Assembly (NCBI RefSeq): GCF_000143415.4
Contig: NW_003314288.1
Span: 930,735-994,734 of the forward strand
Direction of reading: 5' to 3'
Source: Selaginella moellendorffii
Taxonomy: Eukaryota; Plantae; Lycopodiophyta
DNA length: 64,000 nt
Positions 37,940-49,386 of this stretch are shown here, piece after piece. Both the position numbers and the translations under genes were made by a program. How positions within the stretch are numbered: the stretch's first letter is position 1; each line of letters opens with the position of its first letter. The notes beneath the pieces are model-generated. The model saw nothing but the letters and a program-made list of their open reading frames with translations, searched no databases and was not told where the DNA came from.

Positions 37940-39900
37940 GTACACATTGTGCCTGAAGATCAACACAAGACAGCTTTCATCAATCCATAGGGAGCATACA
38001 CCTACTTTTGCATGCCTTTCAATTTCTCCAATGCACCATTCATGTTCAATGGATCATCATTGACACTTTTTGAGAATACCTCACCAAATTTATGCGAGTA
38101 TTTATGGATGACTTTAGTGTCTTCAGTAACAAAGAAGATCATCTCCAATGCTTAAAGAAATGCTTCATCAAATGCCATGAACACAATATCACATTGAACC
38201 CTGACAAGTGTATTTTCTTCATCAAATTAGGAATTCTACTTGAACATGTAGTTTCCAAAGAAGGAATCCTCATCGACAAGGACAAGACCCTCACAATCAC
38301 CAACATACAATATCCATTTGATATTTGAAGCCTTCAATCATTCCTCGGTAAGATGGGATACCATCAAAGATTCATCAAAGACTACGCTAAGATTGCAAAA
38401 CCCATCACTGAATTCCTCAAGAAGAATCAAGCTTACAATTGGACTCAAAATTGTCAAAATGCCTTCATCAACCTCAAGAATTCCCTCACCCAAGCTCCAA
38501 TACTTGCTCAACCAAATTGGAACAAAGACTTCAATATCCAAGTCAACACCTCCAACTATGCCCTCAGAGCGATCCTTTTGCAACAATAAGAAGATCATAA
38601 AGACCAACCAATCTACTATGCAAGTCGAAGACTCAACTCAGCCAAAATGAACTACACTACAACTGAAAAAGAAGCTCTAGCAATGATCTACACACTCCAA
38701 AAGTTTTGATACTACTTACTCGGTAACTTCCTCCATTTTCTCAACAAAACAATCCTCACCGGCAGAATTGCATGATGGTTCTAACTACTTCAAGAATACA
38801 ACTTTGAGATCATCTACAAACCTGGAAGAGAACATGAACACCTAAGCCACATTACAACCGATGAACAACCGAAACACAACATGGATGACTTTCCTGACTC
38901 CAATATCCTTTGAATCCACACATCACTAACCTAGATGGACAACATCTACTACTACCTTACAATAGCAACAATACCAAGTTGATATTCAACATCCGACAAG
39001 CGCAAGAAATTTATCTTGAGGACAAGAATATATTCAGTCGTGGGAAAAAAACTGTACAAACAAGGAAGAGACAACGTATTACAAAGATGTGCAAACCTAG
39101 AAGAAACAAAAGATCTACTTGAAAAAGCCTACTGTGGACAAGTAGGAGGATATTTTGCTGAAGAAATCACAGCTTGAAAAATTTCACAAGTAAGACTTTG
39201 GTGGCTAACACTTTGGCATAACTAAGCCAAGTTCTGTGAAAAATGCGACATCTACCAATGAACCAAGTATGCACCAAAGAAATAAACTCAAGAACTTCAT
39301 CCAAAAACTCCACTCAAACCTTTTCAATGATGGGGACTCGACTTTGTTGGTCCACTTATGACAAGCTCCAAGCAAAACTAGTACATTCTAATTGCAATAG
39401 ACTATATCGCAAAATGGGTTGAAGCTCAATTAATAAAGACTGCTACAACAAAGAACATAACAAGATCATTTACGAAAACATCATCACAAGATATGGCTTA
39501 CCTTGAGAACTTGTCACTGATCAAGGAACACACTTCATCAATGAAACCATCAAGATTTTGACTCAAGAATTCACTATCCAGCACAAGGTTTCAACACTGT
39601 ACTATCCTCAAGGTAACGGTAAAGCAGAGTCTACAAACAAGACACTCAAAAACATCCTCATGAAAATTGTGAAAATAAATCAGAAAGACTGGGACGATCA
39701 CATCTACGATGCTCTGTAGACATATCAAACTACATATAAGGTTTCAACAAATTTGACACCATTCAAGCTCACCTACAGCCTTGAAGCTTTGACACCACTT
39801 GAGTATAACGTTCCATCACTAAAAATGGCAATATAATACAAAATCAACCAAGAAAAATCGATCAGAAAAATGACTAACCATGCTAGAACAACTTATTGCT
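37940..39900 (+). mobile_element. A-rich Ty3/gypsy RT-RNaseH-integrase remnant (same family as 9374-12398)
   Basis: PEDQHKTAF; RVFMDDFSVFS; RNaseH QVNTSNYALRAIL...NYTTTEKEALAM; integrase PFQ*WGLDFVGP and LIAIDYIAKWVEA. Confidence 0.88.
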
Positions 39901-40593
39901 AGATGACATCCTTTGACTATCTCGTTTTGAAGCTTTGGAATGCTCAAGGAGTCTTTTCTAACTCAGCAAAGATGTTGCTTCATATGATGGCCGAGGCTAA
40001 CTATTATCAAACAATTCTATTGATAGAGTTATGCAATCTCATGTGTGAGGCACTACTTTGATGATGTCCTATGACTAAGGAGGAACATGAGATGCATGTG
40101 AGGCAAATGCTGCCACTATTGAGGGAGAATAAGCTGTATTCTAAACTGTCAAAGCGTGAATTCTTCTTGGAGGAGATCACCTATCTCAGACATGTGGTGC
40201 CATGAGATGGTGTGCAGGAAGATCCTCAAAAGACTTAGATAGTCGTTGACAGTGGATTCTGTAAGAGTGTCTGTTGATCGAGGACGTGTGTTCTGGCAGA
40301 GACACATTTATTTTGGCCTGAAATGAAGTCAGGTGTTGATAAGTATGTGCACAGTTGTTAGACCGGCCAGGCAGTCACAATGGATTGTCAGAAGCATGAA
40401 GGTCTCTACCATAGTTAACCTTAGTGGAAGTGGGATAGCATTTTCTATGAGTTTCATAATATGCCCTTCAAGGCAATGATGCTATCTAGGTTGTTGTGGA
40501 TTGTGTGATGATGTTAGCTCACTTCTTCCTTGTGAAGACGAATGCTAAGGCTTTTGACCTTGCTTAGCTGTATTTCTCTATGGGCTTCCTAAG

Positions 40594-43500
40594 TGTTAGG
40601 CGCCAACTTTGACCACGTGGTTAGGGAGGCTTAAGGGTATATTAAGGCATGTTAGGGTAAGGGACTTAACCTACAATGGAGCGGCATAGTGGAGCTTTTG
40701 AGGTAGCTTGGGGGTGGTTGGGTGGTGAGGAACCTCAAGAGGTGGCGTAACATAGTCTAAGGTGACTAGATCTCTGTCTTTTTGTGCCAGATTATAACAT
40801 TGGTATCAGAGGAGTTGGTTGTGATGGATGACCAAGCTGAATGCTGGAATCCTATTGTCGATGGTGGTGCCGACGAAGCTGCGGAGATTTGGACCATTCA
40901 AGATGTGGTTCATGAGCTGTGAGCCCTTATAGCCAATCTTCTTCTCATGGTAAGTTAGATACTAAAAAGTTGCAAACTTTGCAATGTGAGGATGACAAAA
41001 ACAACCATTCCGGTCAGAGGAAGAGACTTTCGATCATTGCTCGTCAGCTCAACTGTGTGTGGAACAAGATGGAGCTCGAGGATATGCGTGAATCAGCTTT
41101 AATGCTGGAGGGCGTGTTTCGTGGCAATCCAGTGTGGATTTTACTGGATAGTGGGAGCGATGACAACTTTGTTTCGGCAAAGTTTGTTATGGAGCATGGC
41201 CTGGTCACACACGGAGTTCTTTCATACACAGTGGAAGGTGCAGCTACCTCTGCTCAGCATTTTGATGCTTGTGTTGAGGGGCTGGAAGTGTTGGTTGGCA
41301 AAACCACACTTGTGGAGACTTTTTATCTCACGGATATCCATTGTGTGGATCTCATTCTTGGGATGCCATGGTTGGTGAAGGTGGATCCAAAGATAAAGTG
41401 GAGAATTAAGCGTATCTCATTGGAGTATGGTGGCGTTAAAGATGTGTGGTTTGGCAAGGGCATTCAACCACCAATTGTTATGCTCTCTGTTACATCTTTG
41501 AAGCAGGCTTGTCATAATGGAAAAGCACTTTCGAGTTACTTGCTGTTTGTTCGTGACTTGGGGGACCAAAGCACGTGTGGGGGAGAAGCAACAGTAAGGG
41601 ATGTACTTGACAAGTTTTCTGATATTTTTCCATCTGAACTTCCTCATGGATTACCTCCGTTATGAGGTGTGGAACATGGGATTATATTGAAGCCGGGGAT
41701 GCGGCCAATTTATCGGCATCCATTTCAGTTAAGTTATGTGGAGGAGCAAGAAGTTCAGTGACAAGTCAAGGAGTTACTTGAGTTTGGATTTATTCAGCCA
41801 AGTAAGTCTTTGTTTGGTGCTTTGGTCTTGCTTGTGAAGAAGGACGGTTTAATGCGAATGTGTATTGACTACCACGCTTTGAACAAAAAGACAATGAAGG
41901 ATAAAATGCCAATGCCACATGTGGATGATATCCTAGACAAGCTTGGTGAAGCACGAGTGTTTACCAAGATTGATTTGAGGAGTGGATATCATCAGATTGC
42001 AATGGATGATGCATCTATCTCCAAGACGGCATTCAACACAAGCTTTGGACATTTTGAGTTTATAGTTATGTCGTTTAGTTTGACGAATGCACCAACCACA
42101 TTTACTTGGTTGATGACAGAGGTATTTGGATGTTATTTTCATGAGTTTATAAAGATTTTCTTGGACGATATTCTTGTTTTTAGCAAGAATATGGAGGAGC
42201 ATAAGGTACATTTGCACAAGGTTCTTTTGTTACTTCGAGACAACAAACTTTATGCAAAAAAGAGCAAATGTGAATTTGCAAAGTTGGAGGTGGAATATCT
42301 AGGCCATATTGTGACATCTAAGGGTGTCAAGATGGATCCAAAGAAGGTGGTTGTGGTGGAAAACTGGCCTACACCGACTACAGTGGCCGAGTTATGCAGT
42401 TTCCTTAGTATGGCTAGTTACTACCGATGTTTCCAACATAAGTTTGCAGAGGTGGCTATTCCTTTGATGCTATTGTTACGCAAGAATGTGCCATTTGAGT
42501 GGAAGAAGCCACAAGAGGAGAGTTTTGTGGCGCTGAAATGATTGTTGAGCAAGACTCCAGTGTTTCGCATTGCTGATCCATTGAAACCTTATGAGGTGAC
42601 ATGTGATGTGAGTGGTTATGCACTAGGAGGAGTTCTCATGCAAGAGGGACAGCCTATTGCATATGAGAGTCAAACTTTGAATTCTGCAAAGCAACAATAT
42701 TCCACATATGAGCAAGAGTTACTCTCTATTGTTCATGCTTTGCGGACGTGGCAGCACTACCTTTATCTTGTAGTGTTTGTAGTGTTGATAGATCACAAAC
42801 CACTTGTGTATATTTTCACATAGAAGGAGTTGAACACTAGGCAAGTTCATTGGATAGTCAAACTCATGGAGTTTGGGGGGTTTCCTATTGAGCATTGTCC
42901 GGGAAAATCAAATGTGGTGGTAGATGCTTTATCTCGTGTTCGTCATATAATGACGTTACAAACATGATTTTGTCATCATTTGAGTAAGGTGGTTAGCGAG
43001 TTTGGGCAGTTGGTTGAGCATGCTCAGGCTTAGGATGTTGAAGTGGCCTCTTTATGAGACTAGATGGAAGCCCCTTTCTCATTGGTGGATGGGATTCTCT
43101 ATTATAATGGCCGTGTATATTTGCCACTGGTGGATGTGTTAATTACTCAAGTTTTATTCAACTATCATGATTGTCTAGAGGCCAGACATTTTGGGGGGAA
43201 AAAGACATATGAGTTGATTAAGTGCAACTTTTATTGGACAAATATGAAGGTTGATATCCTCAAGTATTGTAAATCATGCGAGCTTTGTCAGCGGGTTAAG
43301 GTGCCACAGGAGAAGCCAGGGGGACTTTTGCAACCTTTACCTATTCCTCAGAGCTGTTGGTGTAGTATCTTTATGGACTTGATCATTTGTTTGCCACAAA
43401 CACAGAGGCAAAAGGAGCAAATATGGGTCATAGTGGATCGGTTGACAAAGTATGTGTGGTTGTTAGCTCTTCGAAAGATTGTCACTGCCTCAGACTTGGC

Positions 43501-44591
43501 TGCGGTTTACTTAGAGAAGGTTTTTCCTGATTTTGGTTTGTCGGAAGACATCATTAGTGATCGAGATTCAAAGTTCACCAGTGGATTTTGGAAAAGCTTT
43601 GTAAAGGTTATACAAGTGACTTTGAAACTCTCGAGTGGAGATCATCCTCAGATGGATGGGCAAACCGAGTGTGTGAATCATGTGAGGTATTATATGCTAT
43701 ATTGTAGCATTAGTCAAAGGCAAGGACAGTGGAATTTATATCTTCTATTGGTGCAATTTGCTTACAACAATAGCCAATACAGTGGAACCAAGCTAAGTCT
43801 TTACTTTGCCATATTTGGAAGGCATCTTCAAACAGTGGTGGAGTTGGGATTGCATTTGAATAAGGACATTCAAGATGAGTTTGATTCCGAGACGACTGAT
43901 CTGGCCACAGAACTTGATGAGATTTTGGTGGTGTGCAAACGGAATTTGCAAGTAACTCAAGATAGAGCAGAGAAGTTTGCTAATGAGTATCGCCAATTCC
44001 GGGAATATAAGGTGGGTGATCTCGTCTTTGTGCGGGTGATCTTTCCGTCAAGTGAGCGATGGAACACCTTGGTGCCTTTATGGATAGGGAAGAGTGATAA
44101 ACTTTCCTATCGATATGCTAGTCCATATGAAGTGCTGGAGCGCATTGGTAAAGCGGCTTATCGGGTGCAGCTGCCAGCTGGGGTGAAAATTCATCCAGTA
44201 TTTTATGTCAGCCAATTGAAAGGTGTACTATCTCGGAGTGATGAGCCCAATGCCTCCCTGATGTATACGGCTGTGGAAGATGGACCAGGAGTTTGAGCAA
44301 GGTTCCCTAGAAAGGGTGATCACTGGTACAACTCGTCCTTGGGACAAGGACTTTATTGGGGGGGAAGAATTGTTAGGTGCCAGCTTTGACCACGTGGTCA
44401 ACATCAGTCAAAGGGAGGCTCAAAGGTATATTATGGCATGTTAGGGTAAAGGACTTAACCTACCCTAGGGCTCACAGTGGAGCGGCACTGCAGTGGAACT
44501 TTTGAGGCAACTCAAGGTGAGGAACCTCAAGAGGTGGCATAGCATAGTCTAGAGCAACTAGATCTATGTCTTTTTGCACCAGATCATAACA
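40594..44591 (+). mobile_element. Ty3/gypsy element (same family as 31401-36145) with gag deletion; LTRs 40594-40799 and 44371-44591; TSD CTAAG/TTAAG
   Basis: PBS TGGTATCAGAG at 40801; PPT GGGGGGGAAGAA before 44371; protease LLDSGS, RT FLDDILVFS, integrase H-H-C-C ORF 43064-44296. The empty site (single CTAAG) is at 14302-14306 in the paralogous segment. Confidence 0.95.
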
Positions 44592-45494
44592 TTAAGGATG
44601 TTGTAAGTGACCGGGATCCCACGTTCACTTTGGTGTTTTGGCAGACAATGTTCCAGAAGCTTGAGACAAAGCTAAGCATCAGCATCCACAATCAGATGAA
44701 CAAACAAAATGAGTTAATTAGGTGCTGGAAGACATGCTAAGATTATTGGTCATCTGAAGAGGCAAGGTATTTGGGAGAAGTACCTGCCTTTGTTAGAGTT
44801 TGCCCATAACTATGCCTTCCATTTGGCTATTGAGATGGCTTTGTTTATAGCAATGTATGGCTTTCAACCTTGGTCCCCGGCTGGTATGAACTTGGCTTCT
44901 CTTAAGGTGCACCAGGCAAAGGAGTTGGCTGATGAGCATTGTCAGCACAAGCAGTTTCAGGTTGGAGACAAGGTTTTCCTTCGGTTGTCTGAAGCTCAAT
45001 GAGCTCTTCAAGGTGGAGGTAGTTCTAAGTTCTCGCCATAGTACTGTGGGCCTTGGATTATTCTCAAACGAGTTGGAGACCTTGCCTATCAACTAGACTT
45101 GCCTAGTGGTGTGAAGATTCATCCTGTCTTCTATGTAGGAAGTTGAAGGCATGTTTGCATTCTGGTAATATCTTGGACCAGTCTGCGATCAAGATTTCAG
45201 AGATAGATGTTTGAAGGTTGGCCCTACTTGTGTGTTATAGCAACGGCTAGCGCGCACACATCATAAGACTTGGAGAGAGTTACTTGTTCAATGGAATGGT
45301 TATTCTCCATATGATGCTACATGAGAAGCTGAGGATGATGTTGTTTCCTAATTTTGAGTATGACTTGGATGACATTCCAAAGGAAGAGGAGAAGTAGTCA
45401 CTTGCTCCTATCCTTTTTTTCTTTTCTGACCCCGTTGAGGGCTGGAGGTGTTGTGTCACATGAGACAGTTAGTGGTTTTGTTAGCGGGATGCTT

Positions 45495-46900
45495 TGCTAG
45501 CTTCTCTCTCCTCAGCTACTGTTCATCATAGTTGGAGCAGATGGAAAAATGTCAACGTATTTCGTGATGAACCAGCTGATTCTGGACCTAGGTCTCTGAT
45601 CAAAGAGCCAAATACCAACTGCAAATTTGCATGTGAAGAGGTGTTCAAGCATCTCCACGGGGTTTTCATTGCATAGAATACACAGAGTTTTGTGAACTGT
45701 GAGCCAATCACCAACAGGGATGCTGTCCTGCACAAGAAGCCAGCTTACCTTAGCTTCCACCAGTGTCTTCCACATGTTCACAATGTACTTCCGATTCTTC
45801 AACTTCTGCATAAGCCTGGTGTCAATTTTATCCATCAAAAGCTCTCTGCCATGCTTAGACCTGTACATAAAAAAAGACGCACTGAACTCATTACCTTCCC
45901 AGGATAACTGAGCCGGATCTTATATAAGATCAGATTTAGGTACTCCCCAAACTAGTGTATTGCAGAGCATTCTCCCAGTTGAACCTTAGGATCCAGTTCA
46001 GTGTATTTCCCTCTCTGATGTATCGTCCTGATCCTTTTACCGAAGGCCATCCTGGGAACTGGGACCTCCTTGGGAACTATACATGGAAACAGTGCACCAC
46101 TGTTATGGGGATAAAAAAAAATACCTTGAGGTGATGGGGTTGTTTCCATAACAAAGATGATTTGAGTCTCAGCACCATCAAGCATTATCGAATCACGAAC
46201 CTCGATAACTTCAGTTTGTAAAGCAAGATGAAGGCGATCACAAGCGATGCTGCCTTAAGCTTTGATGTGGAGTTTTTATCCTGGGTTGTGAAGGGTTGTC
46301 ATGAGGCCATCCGATGAGCAGGGTTTGCTCCAAGCGGACGTTAAACAAATACCTGACTTTACCTTTTTCATTGTATCATACCTTGTCCACTGCTGAGGAA
46401 GAAAAACAAGATCCCAACAAGAACTTTGCTGTAAGTGATGGCTTGCTAGCTCTTTGTAGATCCAATAAGTCTTTGATCGAAGCTCCCACATTTCTATGCC
46501 ACCTAGGCCAAAGACCTCTACCCAAGCCTGGAGCTGAACAGTCACCTATATACTGTTGATTACTGTACTTATGTGCTACGTTGAAGAACAAGCGATCAGC
46601 TAATGCCTCTGTCAGATGGTCTGGTTCTTTCTGACTTAACCTGGGTAGGAGTGTGACTTCCATATCTTCAACATCTCTTTTGCTATTCCATCCTGGACCT
46701 TCTTTGTGTTGAGAGGAGCAGTGCCAATCGATTCCTTGTTTCTAGTTACCACCCTGTCTAGGCAAGATCTTCAGTTTCGTGGGTATAAACCTGACACAAT
46801 CACTTTGAAGAGAAGAGCTTTGGATTGAATTCCTGGTGTGGCACATTCCGAATAACTGAATTCCACTCTACTTTTGCCCGCACCCACTGGAGTTTCTAAA
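45495..46900 (-). mobile_element. LINE ORF2 remnant (zf-RVT-like), copy B
   Basis: Same sequence as 15190-16165 with about 400 bp extra. Confidence 0.7.
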
Positions 46901-47694
46901 GTTTCTACATATGTCGTTGGAGATCAAGTGTTGGTGAGTTATCGGGTGTTGCGGATCCAAGGTTTTTGCTGCGTAGGTCCTTATCACATCGTCCAACAAG
47001 TTGGTCCACAAATCTTTGTGGGGCACTCAATGCACAACGTCAAGAGAAGATCCATGTGAAGCAGTTAGCTCGATATTGTGTGTGAACGGATTGATGTAAG
47101 GATTCTACCATATATTCTATGGTAGATATAGATAAACTCAACAAGATTGTATTTATGGAGCCCACAAGAGTAGGAGTGAGGTGTTATCATATTCTGAATC
47201 CCACAAGAGTGAGAGGTGTTAATCACATTTTTTATATGCTCCGAGGTTTAGGGATATGAGGGGGAAGGGAAAAAAAGAATTAATTAGAGTGAAAATGCGA
47301 GTTATTGTGAAATTGGAGTATAAATGTGACGAGCTAAGAGTAAAAACGTGATGTAGCAGCTTAAAAGAGGGAAGTAGGAATGCTCGGATGGAGTTCCACC
47401 AGGTAGAAAAGACTAGTCATACCTCAAGCCTCGGATTGCTCCCAACCCCCTGCCTCCACCCGGTTGCCTACTTTAACCAAGCAGTCTTGGCGCACAGGGA
47501 TGACATCAGCCCTAACCTCTTGCTCCACTGCTCCTACTTCTGAGCTTCTCCCCCCCTTAACAAAAAAGGTCTGTTCTCTTGGAGTTCAAGAGGCATCCTC
47601 TTCACCATCTCCTCTGTTTTTGCTAGCTAGTTAGCTCTTACAAGAAGGAGCAAAAGCCAAGTTCAGCTCCATGCTCAGCTCTATTATCTCCTCT

Positions 47695-48375
47695 TTAAGA
47701 CACCTCACCTCTTTGAAGCCATTCAGGAGAGCTAGCACGCTTCACGTCTAGACGTCTCCCCCTTTTCTTTTTTTTTGCGATTGTCTCTTCAAACTCATCA
47801 TACTTATTTAACTCACCAAACCTTACCAAGCCGAGTGCAGGTTTTGAAACCCCATGAGTCACCTTGGCCTTTTTCCATCTTCCAGTTGAGCTCTCCAACA
47901 ATCTTGACGTGCGGATGCGTGCAAACTGCTCCTTGAGCCAGGACCATTTCTCCAGGAGATAACTTATGCTACAACACTCTCCGCTCGACGATCTCAATGT
48001 GGAAAGATCCACAAAGCTGTCCCACTCATCATAGTTGTAGAAGAAATCATCCTCATACTGCATCTGCAACCTTGCTCGAGCCCAAGCCTCCGCCATCGCA
48101 AGCTTCTCCCTCATCTTGATCAGCTCACACTTGAGGCGGCAAAACAAGTCCAGGTCCTGAGGAACAACAATGGAATACACCTTTCCTGGGTACCTGTCTC
48201 GAAACATGTGAAAGTACAGTGGACGATGTGGTGTTTCAGATTGCAGCGGAATGATAACTTAATGAAAGCAACAAAACCATCAAGCTCGCTCTTTGGGGAT
48301 CACTTATCATATCCTCCTTTGAAGCAATGAGCAGCAGGCCTTGATCGCATCCAGAAGTACTAGAGATAGTCTGCA
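47695..48375 (-). pseudogene. Unknown protein-coding remnant, divergently oriented upstream of the PPR-DYW gene
   Basis: 170-aa ORF 47695-48207 plus an upstream in-frame extension with stops; family not recognised. Confidence 0.35.
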
Positions 48376-49386
48376 AAAGCAAGTTTGACACCAGTTATTT
48401 TGGCAACACAGAAGAAAAAGAAGAAAAATAAACTCAAGTTTCAAAATTTATGGAGATCCATACAATCCAAATCAAGATCAATCTTCCACGAACTTAATGC
48501 CGCTTTCAGCACCTCCAAGCTCTGCCGAAAAACGTAGCCACGGTATGCCACAATTGTTCGCTTGAAAACCTGAAGATGTCAATCGAAGCATGCAAGCAAA
48601 AACATGAAGTAAAGAAGCGCAGGTGGACAACAAAGGAGATGAACTGAGCGGGGCCAAGAACACATATAAGGACTGAATGTAAGCATGTGAGGCCTTGCGC
48701 GGTTTTTCCTCCATGCATGGCTTCATGTGCGAAGAGTTTGGTGTGGTAAGGTATGTTGCGGAGCAGCCAGAAGCCCAGGGTGAATATAAGTACGTGAGGC
48801 CTTGTGAGGTTTTACCACTGCCCGAGGACTTGTGTGCATGGGCCCCGGGCGAGACTCATTTGTGAAAGTGTTCTGCATGAAACTGGTGCCCTGAGGCTTC
48901 TGGCCGTGTCGCCTCATGAAGAGCATTTTTTATTTAATTTGTGTAGAGTGTGGTTTATTTTTGCATATTGAGTGTATCAGTATCTTTTAGTTAGCAGATT
49001 ATATTGAAGAACTGAAGACTACCTACAGTTAAGTGCATGCAGCAACAGATTATATAAAAAATGAATGCAGAGAATAACAAATCGGGATTTCTAGGAAGTT
49101 CGTGCGTGTTGTTAGTAATAATAATAATAATCATAGAAACCTGATGTTCAGCCAGTTAGAAGATTGTCTGAAAATTATGCATGTACTGATTCTTCAGCTC
49201 TTGAGCAACTGATTGCTGCTGGCTCACTTTCTATATATATCAAAGAGACAATAAACATCTAAGCTGCTGCAGTTAAGCTGTGACATTGTAAAGTTTAAAA
49301 AGGAAAAGAATTAGAAAAAGAAAAAACAGAAACCACGAGCTTTTTACTGCTACAGTTAAGTACTAACAAATCGGGATTGCTAGGGT

